Source: Clostridia bacterium
GTDB taxonomy: Bacteria; Bacillota; Clostridia; Christensenellales; QALW01
Direction of reading: 5' to 3'
Assembly: GCA_045630945.1 (NCBI GenBank)
Contig: JAZQTV010000113.1
Coordinates: 8,700-72,699, forward strand
Length of the DNA stretch: 64,000 bases
The notes under the pieces are model-generated. The model was not told where the DNA came from and searched no databases. It saw nothing but the letters and a program-made list of their open reading frames with translations. Shown here one piece after another: positions 38,447-48,311 of this stretch. How positions within the stretch are numbered: the stretch's first letter is position 1; the number at the start of each line of letters is the position of its first letter. The position numbers were made by a program, and so were the translations under genes.

Positions 38447-39664
38447 ATGAAGCAGTTCGACCAAAAAATATGGAAGCTGATGTTTAATAAGCTTTTTTCA
38501 GATAAAACCCATCTGTTTTATGACTTCGGCATTGAGGGAATGGAAAGAAAGGATTTTCTGCCCACGCCTGAAATTATAAATGCGCAAATTCCCAATCCTT
38601 GCGGCTGGTGCACGGGTATGGAGGACGGAATGATAAACGGCGGTGTAATGCTTGATGCCGCAGTTGAGGGCGAAAAGCTTGGCTATAAAAATATGAAGGA
38701 ATACGCAAGCAAGATATTTAAAGGCTTTGTCACCTGCGCAACCGTTTCTGAAAGCGAAGGGTTTTTGGCAAGAACTGTTTCTGAAATTGACGGCTGTGCG
38801 CATTATATGGATAGCTCGCGCGATCAGTACACCCATTGGATATTTTCGGGGGCGAATTACCTTGGGAGCGGAATGGCTTCGGCTGAGGAGGCGGAATTCA
38901 TTAAAAAAACGCTTTGCGCCTTTGCTTACCGTGCTAAAAGAAACGTTATAAAAGAAAACGATTACAATCTTCTGCGCGAGGATAACAAAAAGGGCATTGC
39001 GGTAAAAATGTGGGACGTTAATGCGCACGAGTGGATGCGCCTGCCCATGATATATCTTGCGGCATGGAAAATAGGCAAGGACGATTCCTTTAAGGATGAG
39101 TATTATAGATATCGTGATGCGGCACTTGAAAATTCGGAAAAGGTTCAGCTTGAAAATTATAAACGCCTTTTTGCATTGCATCAGATGCAAATTTCATTGC
39201 GTTTTGTGTACGATTACGATACTGATGAGGATTTCCGTGCACGCTGTCTTTTGCTTATGAAAAGGACTGCCGAATATTGCCGTAAAAAAGTGCTTGAAGC
39301 AGTAAACGCCCACAAGGAAAACGATTTACTTAAGGATAAACTTTTTGTAACAACACCGTGGAACGAGCTTAATGCGGAATTCTGGGGCTTTAACGAGGGA
39401 TATGCATATTACGTGCCAAAGTCGTATAAAAGTGACTTTACCTGCACCGTGGCAGACCTTCAAATATGCAACGTGGGTGACGGTGCATCAACGCACGTGC
39501 TTGTGCCGGATGCGGCATTTGATGCGGCGCTTTATGATGCGCTTAACGTGATTGGAAATTCCATTGACTATAATACGTATCTTACCGATACGGTCAGTCA
39601 TCTTCTGTACCCGTATTATGCGCTTGAAAGAATAAAAAACGCTTGCAAAAATACTGAAATATGA
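38447..39664 (+). CDS. hypothetical protein
   Basis: 405-aa ORF with GGGGGA RBS and an upstream TGGTATAAT extended -10. TGA stop. No motif I can name. Confidence 0.55.
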   Translation: MKQFDQKIWKLMFNKLFSDKTHLFYDFGIEGMERKDFLPTPEIINAQIPNPCGWCTGMEDGMINGGVMLDAAVEGEKLGYKNMKEYASKIFKGFVTCATVSESEGFLARTVSEIDGCAHYMDSSRDQYTHWIFSGANYLGSGMASAEEAEFIKKTLCAFAYRAKRNVIKENDYNLLREDNKKGIAVKMWDVNAHEWMRLPMIYLAAWKIGKDDSFKDEYYRYRDAALENSEKVQLENYKRLFALHQMQISLRFVYDYDTDEDFRARCLLLMKRTAEYCRKKVLEAVNAHKENDLLKDKLFVTTPWNELNAEFWGFNEGYAYYVPKSYKSDFTCTVADLQICNVGDGASTHVLVPDAAFDAALYDALNVIGNSIDYNTYLTDTVSHLLYPYYALERIKNACKNTEI

Positions 39665-39704
39665 TATAATTTTTTTATCAATCTCGATTAAGGAGAGAAT
39701 AAAA

Positions 39705-40991
39705 ATGATTGATATTAAATTTTTAAGGGAAAATCCCGAGGTAGTAAAACAGAACATTAAAAATAAGTTTCAGGATTCAAAGCTTCCCCTTGTGGATGAA
39801 GTTATTGCGCTTGACGTTGAGCACCGTAAAAACCTTCAGGTAGCTGAAGAATTAAGGGCAAACCGCAACAAGTATTCAAAGATGATCGGTGCACTTATGG
39901 CACAGGGCAAGAAGGACGAGGCTATGGAAATGAAGAACCTTGTTACAACACAGGGCGAACAGCTTGCCGAAGCCGAGAAAAAGGAAGCCGAGCTTTCTGA
40001 AAAGATTAAAAATATAATGATGATAATCCCCAACATTATCGATCCTACCGTGCCTATCGGTAAGGACGATTCTGAAAACGTTGAGGTTCAGAGATACGGT
40101 GAACCCGTTGTACCCGAATTTGAAATTCCTTATCATTCGGACATTATGGAACGCTTTAACGGTATCGATCTTGACAGCGCACGCCGCGTTGCAGGCAACG
40201 GCTTCTATTACCTTATGGGTGATATTGCTCGTCTTCATTCTGCAGTTATTTCCTATGCACGCGATTTTATGATTGACCGTGGCTTTACTTACTGCGTACC
40301 GCCCTTTATGATTCGTTCTGACGTTGTTACAGGCGTTATGAGCTTTGCTGAAATGGATGCTATGATGTACAAGATTGAGGGTGAAGACCTTTATCTTATC
40401 GGTACAAGTGAACATTCAATGATTGGTAAGTTCATCGATCAGATGCTTTATGAGGAAAATTTACCCTACACTCTTACAAGCTATTCACCCTGTTTCCGTA
40501 AGGAAAAGGGCGCACACGGTATTGAAGAGCGTGGCGTTTACCGTATACATCAGTTCGAAAAACAGGAAATGATCGTTGTTTGTAAGCCTGAGGACAGCAA
40601 AATGTGGTTTGATAAATTATGGCAGAACACCGTTGACCTGTTCAGAACTCTTGATATCCCCGTTCGTACTCTTGAATGCTGCTCAGGCGACCTTGCTGAC
40701 CTTAAGGTTAAGTCTATCGACGTTGAAGCATGGTCACCCAGACAGAAGAAGTATTTTGAGGTTGGCTCCTGCTCTAACCTTGGTGATGCACAGGCACGCC
40801 GCTTACGCATCCGTGTTTCAGGTGAAAACGGAAAGTACTTTGCACATACGCTTAATAATACCGTTGTTGCGCCGCCCAGAATGCTTATTGCTTTCCTTGA
40901 AAACAACCTTAATGAAGACGGAAGCGTAAATATTCCCGTTGCACTTCGTCCTTATATGGGCAACAAGGAAAAGCTTGTTCCTGTAAAATAA
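39705..40991 (+). CDS. serS: serine--tRNA ligase
   Basis: N-terminal coiled-coil arm and class II motifs (FRKEKGAHG...RGVYRIHQFEKQE, GSCSNLGDAQARR). TAA stop. Confidence 0.93.
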   Translation: MIDIKFLRENPEVVKQNIKNKFQDSKLPLVDEVIALDVEHRKNLQVAEELRANRNKYSKMIGALMAQGKKDEAMEMKNLVTTQGEQLAEAEKKEAELSEKIKNIMMIIPNIIDPTVPIGKDDSENVEVQRYGEPVVPEFEIPYHSDIMERFNGIDLDSARRVAGNGFYYLMGDIARLHSAVISYARDFMIDRGFTYCVPPFMIRSDVVTGVMSFAEMDAMMYKIEGEDLYLIGTSEHSMIGKFIDQMLYEENLPYTLTSYSPCFRKEKGAHGIEERGVYRIHQFEKQEMIVVCKPEDSKMWFDKLWQNTVDLFRTLDIPVRTLECCSGDLADLKVKSIDVEAWSPRQKKYFEVGSCSNLGDAQARRLRIRVSGENGKYFAHTLNNTVVAPPRMLIAFLENNLNEDGSVNIPVALRPYMGNKEKLVPVK

Positions 40992-41006
40992 TAAAAAGCT
41001 ATAAAC

Positions 41007-41036
41007 AAAAAATCCTGCAAATTGCAGGATTTTTTT
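41007..41036. terminator. bidirectional rho-independent terminator
   Basis: Stem atcctgcaa / ttgcaggat flanked by an A-run and a T-run, between convergent genes. Confidence 0.75.
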
Positions 41037-43170
41037 ATTTATTAAGCTTGTAGACCGTTGCGCTGTTTTCATTAAACACGAGTGTGGCAATGGCACTTAA
41101 CCCGTCGTAATTGACCGAATAAACGGATTTTTCTTCATTACCGATATAGACGTAATCAACGCTGTATTTTTCAAAAAGGGTAAGACTGCCTGCAGGGTCT
41201 GAATACATCTGTCTTACATCCTGCTGGCGCGAACCAAAATCGGGCAGACCGTGCATTGAATAGAACCATTCGCCGGAGCAAACGGTGCTTCTTCCGGTTA
41301 GATCGGTAATACCGTTGTGGTAACGGGGGCCTGTAAGAACAACGTCGTTACCGTCGGTGTTTTTATCAATCCACTCTGCCGCACAGATTTCCTGATAGGA
41401 GAGCATTTCGTATTCATCGGCAACGTATTCTCTGCCCATTGAAAGCATACCCGAGAAAACACAGGCAACTATCACGCCGCCGGCTAACACTCTTCTGCCG
41501 CCAATATTGGCTTCCTTAAGTTTATCGTATATCTTTACCATATAATCCGCAACAACGCCTATGCAAAGCACGTATGCAGGATAAATAAGCTTGTTGTTGT
41601 CGTAGGGGTTAGGCTGAAGCTGGAACGTATCGGCAATAAGCATCAATACTGCGAGGGGCGCAACCACGGCAAGATTTCTTTTTGAAGAACCCAGCACCGC
41701 AGGTATCAGTAACAGTGCAGGCACGCCCATGTTTTTAACGTAGAACCAGAAATACGAATCTTGATTGTTTACCCAGTTAAAGTGAGGTTGTAAGAAGCCT
41801 TCGCCCGAGCTTTGCTTAAAGGTGAAGCACATAAGCTGGGGCAGGGCAAGTATAAGCACGGTAATAAGGAATATTCCCCAGGTTTTAAAGATTTCCTTAA
41901 AGTGACCGTTCAAAAGCGCAATAACAAGCATGGAGAAGTATATGAAGCCGATAATACTGCCCACAATGTAAAGCACGCTTGCACCTGCTTGGTCGTAACG
42001 GTTAGGTGATGCGTTTTCGGGGGTGGTATAGAACGTGTATAAAAACGTTATTATTCCAAGCGCTAACAGAGCGCAAGCAGTCCATAAGGCATACTTTGGC
42101 TTATAGTTAAGCGTTACGTAAAGCCTTGAAATCATCCATACCGCCGCAATAATTCCTACTGCAAGGAACACGTGCGTACTTATAAGGGGCGTTAAGCCTG
42201 CCAATATGCCTGCAGGGATAAACAATTCCTTTTCATTTAAGAATACGGCGCGGTAAAGCAGATAGATTATTGCAAACAGCATCATCCAACCGAACAGGGT
42301 TGCGCGTTGGGGAATCATCATATCGCAGAAGGTGTTTGCCCAGCGTATCATATTCTCGTTAAGGTTGGTGGGCGTTTCGTAAAGGGAGTCGAATATCCTT
42401 GTAAAGTTATCGGGATTTGATTTAAAGCCGTCAAGGAAATAAAAGAAGCCGAAGCCGCCGTTAAAGGTGAACAGAAGCCAGGCAATAAGTGCCTTTGAAA
42501 AGCGCTTAAGCCAGGTGCGGAAGAAAAGCATTGCACCAAGATAAATATTGAATGCGCCCATTATCGTGGGAACGATATACGACCACCTGAGTGATGCGCC
42601 GAAAATGTATATTGACGAGGATACCGTATCACTTAAGAATGGGTATGAAACCTGCACGTGCGGTGCAATATTATAGCTGAAGGGCACGGTTCCCTGTGCA
42701 ATGGGTGCGGTAATAAAGCTTAAATGAATATGTACGTCAGCATAGGTGCTTTGACCGAATATCATACCGCCGCTTTCCGATGGCTGCATAATGTGGCTTG
42801 TTTCCACGATGCCGTAAAACAGCGTCATTATAATTACGGGGATAAGGGTGATAATATCGTCAAGGGAGAATGAAAAATTACTTTCCCAAAGCTTTGGCTT
42901 TTTTGAAAGGAAAAAGCTTAACACCGAAATTCCTGCAAGCAGCAGTAGGGCAATAATATGCGAAACGATATTAAAGCCGAATATAAACGATACGGCAATG
43001 GGAAGCCACATTAAAAGCACCGTTCCAACGGTTGTGCCAAGCCAGAGCCTTGTTATAAACGAAAGCTTGTTAAAAATGTTGTTGGAAACGTAGATGCCGC
43101 CAACTATAAATACGGTAAAATAAAGGAAACCCATAAGGTTTCCTGAAAAGGTTCCGTTAAACATAAACAT
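41035..43170 (-). CDS. large polytopic membrane protein, possibly a GT-C-type glycosyltransferase
   Basis: About 711 aa with more than 12 hydrophobic segments and a soluble C-terminal domain. Starts within 15 nt of the dnaA stop. Function is a guess. Confidence 0.5.
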   Translation of the reverse strand: MFMFNGTFSGNLMGFLYFTVFIVGGIYVSNNIFNKLSFITRLWLGTTVGTVLLMWLPIAVSFIFGFNIVSHIIALLLLAGISVLSFFLSKKPKLWESNFSFSLDDIITLIPVIIMTLFYGIVETSHIMQPSESGGMIFGQSTYADVHIHLSFITAPIAQGTVPFSYNIAPHVQVSYPFLSDTVSSSIYIFGASLRWSYIVPTIMGAFNIYLGAMLFFRTWLKRFSKALIAWLLFTFNGGFGFFYFLDGFKSNPDNFTRIFDSLYETPTNLNENMIRWANTFCDMMIPQRATLFGWMMLFAIIYLLYRAVFLNEKELFIPAGILAGLTPLISTHVFLAVGIIAAVWMISRLYVTLNYKPKYALWTACALLALGIITFLYTFYTTPENASPNRYDQAGASVLYIVGSIIGFIYFSMLVIALLNGHFKEIFKTWGIFLITVLILALPQLMCFTFKQSSGEGFLQPHFNWVNNQDSYFWFYVKNMGVPALLLIPAVLGSSKRNLAVVAPLAVLMLIADTFQLQPNPYDNNKLIYPAYVLCIGVVADYMVKIYDKLKEANIGGRRVLAGGVIVACVFSGMLSMGREYVADEYEMLSYQEICAAEWIDKNTDGNDVVLTGPRYHNGITDLTGRSTVCSGEWFYSMHGLPDFGSRQQDVRQMYSDPAGSLTLFEKYSVDYVYIGNEEKSVYSVNYDGLSAIATLVFNENSATVYKLNK

Positions 43171-43184
43171 CAAATCCTTTGAAT

Positions 43185-44522
43185 TTATTCGCCACGCAGA
43201 CGCATTGTAATATCTTCAACTGCATTTTTAAGCTCAACGTCCGTTTTTAACTGGGTGCGTATTTTGCCAATGCCGTTTATGATGGTTGCGTGGTCACGGC
43301 CGTTGAATTCGTCGCCTATGCGCTTGTTTGAAAGCGAAGTAAGCTCGCGGCACAGATAGTATGCAATATGTCTTGGATGTACGATAGGCTTATCACGTCT
43401 TGGACCTAATATGTCCTCTGCCGTCAAGCCAAAGTATTCGGCTACGGTAGAAATTATCATTTCGGGTGTGCAATGCTTTTGAATTTCAGCATTGTAATCC
43501 CTTAATACCTTTGAAGCAAGGTCAAGGGTAACGGGCTGACCGGTGGTTGATGCAAACACGGTTATACGCTTAAGTGCGCCTTCAAGCTCACGCACGTTGT
43601 CGCTTGCCTTTTCCGCAATGTATAAAATGATGTTGTCATCAATTTCAACCTTGTCAATTTCCGCTTTCTTACGCAGGATTGCGGCACGGGTTTCAAGGTC
43701 GGGGGGAGTGATATCCACCAAAAGACCGCCTTCAAAGCGTGAGCAAAGCCTGTCTGAAAGAGTCTGAATACTCTTGGGCGGACGGTCGCTGGAAAGAATT
43801 ATCTGCTTGTTTGATGCAAAAAGATCGTTAATGTTATGGAATATTTCTTCCTGTGTTCTGTCCTTTTGCGTCAGGAACTGAATATCGTCGATCATCAGCA
43901 CGTCAACGTCCTCACGGAACTTGTCCCTAAAAACGTCAATCTGATGCTTGGAAAGTGCACGGATATATTCGTTTGTGTACTTTTCGCAGGTTATGTAAAG
44001 CACCTTTGTGTCGGGCTTATATTTTAATATATGGTTGCCGATAGCGTGCATAAGATGGGTTTTACCCAAACCAACACCACCGTAAATAAACAGGGGATTG
44101 TTTATGGTTGCGGGTGCTTCAGCAACACTTAACGCTGCGGCATAGGCAAAATGATTGCCTGCACCGATAACGAAGTTTTCAAATGTATAACGCTCGTTAA
44201 GCATTGGGTGGGGGATAGAGGTCTTTTCCTGAATAGTGCTGTCCATAATGGAAGCGGCTTCACTTTCAAGCACAAGCACAACGTCCGCACCGGGTGAATC
44301 GATAGCAATGTTAAGCGCTGAAATAAGGAATGCGTGCATCATCGTAACAGTCATAAGATGACGGCGGTGCATATCCGAGGGCGCTATTAAATATAAGGTA
44401 TTATTCTTAAAGGTAAGGGGCTTTAAGGTTGCAATAAATGCTTTATACGATATGGGATTTATTTCTTGCGGTGATTGCTCAATGATCTGACACACCTTTT
44501 GAAAAAGCTCAACTGCGTCCAT
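43185..44522 (-). CDS. dnaA: chromosomal replication initiator protein DnaA
   Basis: ATG at 44522 follows GGAAGGAGG (MDAVELFQK...). Walker A GGVGLGKTHL, DDIQFL, and a C-terminal DNA-binding domain ...FNGRDHATI. TAA stop. Confidence 0.95.
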   Translation of the reverse strand: MDAVELFQKVCQIIEQSPQEINPISYKAFIATLKPLTFKNNTLYLIAPSDMHRRHLMTVTMMHAFLISALNIAIDSPGADVVLVLESEAASIMDSTIQEKTSIPHPMLNERYTFENFVIGAGNHFAYAAALSVAEAPATINNPLFIYGGVGLGKTHLMHAIGNHILKYKPDTKVLYITCEKYTNEYIRALSKHQIDVFRDKFREDVDVLMIDDIQFLTQKDRTQEEIFHNINDLFASNKQIILSSDRPPKSIQTLSDRLCSRFEGGLLVDITPPDLETRAAILRKKAEIDKVEIDDNIILYIAEKASDNVRELEGALKRITVFASTTGQPVTLDLASKVLRDYNAEIQKHCTPEMIISTVAEYFGLTAEDILGPRRDKPIVHPRHIAYYLCRELTSLSNKRIGDEFNGRDHATIINGIGKIRTQLKTDVELKNAVEDITMRLRGE

Positions 44523-44581
44523 AATAAAACCTCCTTCCTTAATTTTGACGGGTGCGATTATAATAACACAAAACCAAACTT

Positions 44582-44590
44582 TTATCAACA
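44582..44590. promoter_or_regulatory. DnaA-box-like site (one mismatch)
   Basis: TTATCAACA versus consensus TTATCCACA. Overlaps a candidate -35 of dnaA. Confidence 0.5.
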
Positions 44591-44626
44591 AAAAAAACGC
44601 AAGTTTTTAAAGAATTTTTCAAAAAT

Positions 44627-44635
44627 TGTGGATAA
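44627..44635. promoter_or_regulatory. perfect DnaA box
   Basis: TGTGGATAA, the complement of TTATCCACA, in an AT-rich region upstream of dnaA. Confidence 0.7.
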
Positions 44636-44741
44636 CTTTTTTTTATATACAAGATATTGTACTTATGAATTTTTGTGCATATTTGGCTATTGACAAATAC
44701 CCGTTTTAACAATATGATAAGTATGAAAGAGGGTTGAAAAT

Positions 44742-45674
44742 ATGACGGATTTTTATTTTTGTGACGTTAAGCCGTATCAGGCGCCTGACAGTATAAAAGG
44801 CGGTTCGGTTGATGACGAAATAAAGCTTACTGAATGCGGGCACAAGCTTATATACAATATGTACGACAGGCTTTTGGTGGAATTTCCGCAGTTTGTTACT
44901 AAAACTGTGCTTGGACAGGCGTTTTCGAATGATATTAACAGCTATACAATTAAAAATCATTCGCTTGAAAATTTCTCTGATATCCCTTACAAGCCGTTTA
45001 AACTTATAGTTCTTACGTCAATTCACGGGTATGAGCAGGGCTCGGCATATACTGCGGCACTGTTTTTTGAAGAGATGCTGCGCAGTAATGATGAAAAACT
45101 GAAGTTTATTCAAAGAAACGTGCAGTTTGAGATTATTCCCGTGTTAAATCCGTGGGGCTTTGACAGAAACGACAGAAAGAACGGCAACAGTGTTGACCTT
45201 AACAGAAACTTTGAACAAGGCTTTACGGGGATAAAAGATAAGGAATCAGAGATATATTCTGGAACGGAACCGTTTTCTGAAGTGGAAACAAGAATAATAA
45301 GAGAGTTTGTTGAAAAACATTCCGATGCGCAGGCAGTACTTGATTACCATAACATTTACGGTGGATATCCTCTGTTTTACGTTTATCAGGAAAAGGATAT
45401 TCAGCTTGCAAACGCGGTATTCTCACTTTTGTCACCCTATTGGCAGGAAAAGTATGATGCGTTTCCCAAGGACAGATTGTTGGGTCTTGTACGCCCTAAC
45501 GGTAATTCGGGTATGCTTGCCGATTTCCTGTTAAGCAAAAATATGTGGGTGCTTACAATGGAAACGCCTTGGTGTATGCCTGAGGTTGGAAAAAAGCAGT
45601 ACGATGCGCCCACAATATCGTGCGCGCTTGAGTTTTTTGCAAATACGGTTTATACCATAGCCAACAAACGATAA
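44742..45674 (+). CDS. M14-family zinc carboxypeptidase-like protein
   Basis: SIHGYEQGS (HxxE), NPWG and RKNGNSVDLNRNF blocks. TAA stop. Confidence 0.7.
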   Translation: MTDFYFCDVKPYQAPDSIKGGSVDDEIKLTECGHKLIYNMYDRLLVEFPQFVTKTVLGQAFSNDINSYTIKNHSLENFSDIPYKPFKLIVLTSIHGYEQGSAYTAALFFEEMLRSNDEKLKFIQRNVQFEIIPVLNPWGFDRNDRKNGNSVDLNRNFEQGFTGIKDKESEIYSGTEPFSEVETRIIREFVEKHSDAQAVLDYHNIYGGYPLFYVYQEKDIQLANAVFSLLSPYWQEKYDAFPKDRLLGLVRPNGNSGMLADFLLSKNMWVLTMETPWCMPEVGKKQYDAPTISCALEFFANTVYTIANKR

Positions 45675-45681
45675 ATTTCAT

Positions 45682-45710
45682 TTGACACAAACGCAAGGTT
45701 TGTATATAAT
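45682..45710 (+). promoter_or_regulatory. promoter of the rpmH operon
   Basis: TTGACA (45682-45687), 17-nt spacer, TATAAT (45705-45710). Confidence 0.65.
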
Positions 45711-45779
45711 AGATACGCTATTGTGCGATATTATGTAAATTTGCGCCCATCGGGCGATTATGAAAGGATGAAATAAATT

Positions 45780-45914
45780 ATGTTACGCACTTATCAACCC
45801 AACAGACGTAAAAGAAAAAAGGTACATGGCTTCCGTAAAAGAATGCAGACCAAGAATGGCAGAAACGTTCTTCAGAGACGTCGCCGCAGAGGTAGAAAGG
45901 TACTCAGCGCTTAA
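45780..45914 (+). CDS. rpmH: 50S ribosomal protein L34 (absent from the ORF track because it is under 60 aa)
   Basis: Hand translation gives [44 protein letters not shown], 44 aa. TAA stop. Confidence 0.95.
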   Translation: MLRTYQPNRRKRKKVHGFRKRMQTKNGRNVLQRRRRRGRKVLSA

Positions 45915-45929
45915 TTGGAGGTGGACCTC

Positions 45930-46274
45930 TTGAAAAAACAGGATATGCTTAAAAAAAATAAGGACTTCCGCTACGTTGTTTCAAGGGGAAAATCCGTCAG
46001 TGCACCTGCGCTGGTGCTAATTACCGCAAAATCTAGGACGGGCGTTAAAATAGGGCTTTCAGTAAGCTCAAAATTAGGTAACGCAGTTGTCCGCAACAGA
46101 ACAAAACGTATAATGCGCGGGGGTATTACGCCGCTTCTGCCTGTTTTAAAGCAGAACACGTATTATCTTTTTATAGCGCGTCGCGGGCTTGTTGGTGAAA
46201 AAAGCACCTTCTGTTACGAGGAGATGCTTTCTCTTTTGAAAAGGGCAGGTATGATAAATGAAGAATCCTGTTAA
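45930..46274 (+). CDS. rnpA: ribonuclease P protein component
   Basis: [10 protein letters not shown]...[19 protein letters not shown] motif. TTG at 45930 lies 7 nt after GGAGGT; ATG at 45945 is an alternative start. TAA stop. Confidence 0.88.
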   Translation: MKKQDMLKKNKDFRYVVSRGKSVSAPALVLITAKSRTGVKIGLSVSSKLGNAVVRNRTKRIMRGGITPLLPVLKQNTYYLFIARRGLVGEKSTFCYEEMLSLLKRAGMINEESC

Positions 46275-46506
46275 AGCCTTTTGCCTATGGGCGATACGCG
46301 GCTATAAAAAGAATATATCACCTATGCTTCCCCCTGCGTGTAGGTTTGTTCCTACGTGCTCCGAATACGCATATACTGCCATAGAAAGATTTGGCGTTAT
46401 AAAAGGCGGGGCACTTTCGTTATGGCGCATTATGCGCTGTAACCCCTTTTGCAAAGGCGGGTACGACCCCGTGCCCGAAAAAAAAGGACAGGAGAGTTCC
46501 AAGTGA
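46258..46506 (+). CDS. yidD: membrane protein insertion efficiency factor YidD
   Basis: [19 protein letters not shown]...RCNPF hallmark. TGA stop overlaps the yidC GTG. Confidence 0.9.
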   Translation: MKNPVKAFCLWAIRGYKKNISPMLPPACRFVPTCSEYAYTAIERFGVIKGGALSLWRIMRCNPFCKGGYDPVPEKKGQESSK

Positions 46507-47510
46507 GCTATATCAGTGAATTTTTTGGATCCGTTTTTGGTTGGATCAACAATTTCACGGGCAATTACGGTATTTCTATTATCCTGTTTACCATTTTATT
46601 CAGACTTGTGCTTCTTCCCTTTGATGTGCGCAGTCGCGTAGGTCAGCGTGAATATACCGCAAAGCTTAAGAAGATTCAGCCTGAGCTTGATATGATAAAC
46701 AAGGCATACAGTAAAAATCCCGAAAAGGCACAGCAGATGGCGATGGAGATAAGAAAACGCGAGGGCATCGGTTTAATGCCCAAGGGTTGTGGAACAATGC
46801 TTCTTACTTATCCCATTCTTATTGCTTTCTTTGCGGTATTCCGTAACCTTGCCGCTGAAAAGATGGTTGAGCTTTCAACACTTACAGATCCTGCTCAAAT
46901 CAGCAATTGGTTTGATACTAATGGATTTTTATGGGTAAAGAATATCTGGCAGCCCGACGTGCTTTTTAATTTCAATGACGTTTATCTTGTAAGAAAAATT
47001 CCGCTTATCGGCGGTATTGACGGGCCTATTTTGCCGCTTGCGCAGGACCTTACTGCAGTAATTCAGCCGGCATTTAAAAACGGCTTGCTTGCAGAGGTTG
47101 CTTCAAGCTATCAGTATACCGACCTTAACAGCCTTGTTCAATGTGTGGCAGGCGGTCTTGATAACGTAAGAAATATTATTACCACAAACGGAATCCTGAA
47201 CATTAACGCAGGAAACGGTTTCTATATTTTACCCATACTTGCAGGCGCCGTGCAGGTGTTGAGCTTTAGGTTCTCAAGCCAGCAGCAGCCCACAGGTAAT
47301 GATGCTGCAGCACAGCAGGCACAAAAGAGCGGTAAGTTTATGAAAATATTCTTCCCCGCATTGTTTGTGTATTTCTGCCTTGTTTCAAGTAGCGCACTTG
47401 CTATTTACTGGATAACCTCAAGCCTTTGCATGCTCCTGGTAAACTTTATTATTGATAAGGTTCTTACCGCCAAGGAAAACAAAAAGTTAGAAGCTGAAGG
47501 AGAAAAATAA
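46503..47510 (+). CDS. yidC: membrane protein insertase YidC
   Basis: GTG at 46503 (GTGA overlap with yidD). [20 protein letters not shown] and a basic C-terminus. TAA stop. Confidence 0.88.
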   Translation: MSYISEFFGSVFGWINNFTGNYGISIILFTILFRLVLLPFDVRSRVGQREYTAKLKKIQPELDMINKAYSKNPEKAQQMAMEIRKREGIGLMPKGCGTMLLTYPILIAFFAVFRNLAAEKMVELSTLTDPAQISNWFDTNGFLWVKNIWQPDVLFNFNDVYLVRKIPLIGGIDGPILPLAQDLTAVIQPAFKNGLLAEVASSYQYTDLNSLVQCVAGGLDNVRNIITTNGILNINAGNGFYILPILAGAVQVLSFRFSSQQQPTGNDAAAQQAQKSGKFMKIFFPALFVYFCLVSSSALAIYWITSSLCMLLVNFIIDKVLTAKENKKLEAEGEK

Positions 47511-48277
47511 TGGCAAGAGTTATTGAGATCGAGGGTAAAACTGTCGATGAAGCTCTGTACATGGGTCTTGATCAGTTAAAACTTTCCATTGATGAAGTTG
47601 AGATGGAAGTTCTTGATTACGGTCAGAAAGGCTTTATGGGTATAGGCTATAAGCCTGTAAAAATAAAGCTGACCGAGCGTGAGGAAGCCGTTGTTCCCGA
47701 TTTTATTCTTAATAAAGATAAAGAAAAGGAAAAGGCACCCCGTAAGGAAAGAAAAGAAAAGCCCCACAGAGAAAAAGCAAAGACCGAAAATGATGAGGTA
47801 GTAAAGGGTGAATATTTCCCCGAGGGTACCGAGTTTGTTGAGAACGAGGTTACCGAGTTCCTTAAAGGTCTTATGGAAAAGGTAGGCATCAACGGCACAG
47901 TTAAGGCGGCAAATACCGATAACGGCTTACTCGTAAACCTTGAGGGTGACGATATGGGCATTTTAATCGGCAGACGCGGCGAAACACTTGATGCGGTACA
48001 GTATCTTGCTTCCCTTGTTTATAATAAGGGCAAGGATGATTACCATCGTGTAACCGTTGACACTGAAAACTACCGCAAAAAGAGAGAAAACACACTTATC
48101 AAACTTGCGAGAAAGAAAGCAGGTCAGGTGGCTAAAACAGGCAAAAGAGTTGTTCTTGAGCCCATGAGTCCCTTTGAACGCAGAATAATTCATTTTGCGC
48201 TTCAGAATGATAAGTACGTTACTACGTATTCTGAAGGTGAAGAGCCTAACAGACATATTGTAATTGACAAAAAGTAA
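47510..48277 (+). CDS. jag: RNA-binding protein Jag/KhpB
   Basis: TAATG overlap with yidC. Jag_N, a Lys/Glu-rich linker and KH/R3H-like domains (GRRGETLDAVQYL...FERRIIHFAL). TAA stop. Confidence 0.88.
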   Translation: MARVIEIEGKTVDEALYMGLDQLKLSIDEVEMEVLDYGQKGFMGIGYKPVKIKLTEREEAVVPDFILNKDKEKEKAPRKERKEKPHREKAKTENDEVVKGEYFPEGTEFVENEVTEFLKGLMEKVGINGTVKAANTDNGLLVNLEGDDMGILIGRRGETLDAVQYLASLVYNKGKDDYHRVTVDTENYRKKRENTLIKLARKKAGQVAKTGKRVVLEPMSPFERRIIHFALQNDKYVTTYSEGEEPNRHIVIDKK

Positions 48278-48282
48278 TTTTT

Positions 48283-48310
48283 AAAGCCTGCAAGTAATTG
48301 CAGGCTTTTT
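48283..48310. terminator. bidirectional rho-independent terminator
   Basis: Stem aaagcctgcaa / ttgcaggcttt followed by a T-run. Confidence 0.75.
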
Positions 48311-48311
48311 A

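Noticed and set aside
38498-39190. 230-aa minus-strand ORF antisense to the 405-aa gene at 38447-39664. Many similar 60-150-aa antisense ORFs appear in the track, for example 82-444, 18455-19057 and 39876-40415.
   Set aside because: These ORFs lie entirely within longer ORFs that have RBSs and recognisable protein-like composition. Their translations are rich in R, K, C, F and I, look low-complexity, and lack start-site signals. They are typical shadow ORFs.
39665-39704. T-box leaders upstream of serS, and likewise upstream of glnS at 54629-54696.
   Set aside because: The leaders are only about 40 and 68 nt long, far too short for a T-box riboswitch. No specifier or antiterminator structure is visible.
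43171-43184. A second oriC half (DnaA boxes and an unwinding element) downstream of dnaA.
   Set aside because: The spacer to the next gene is under 20 nt, which leaves no room for such an element.
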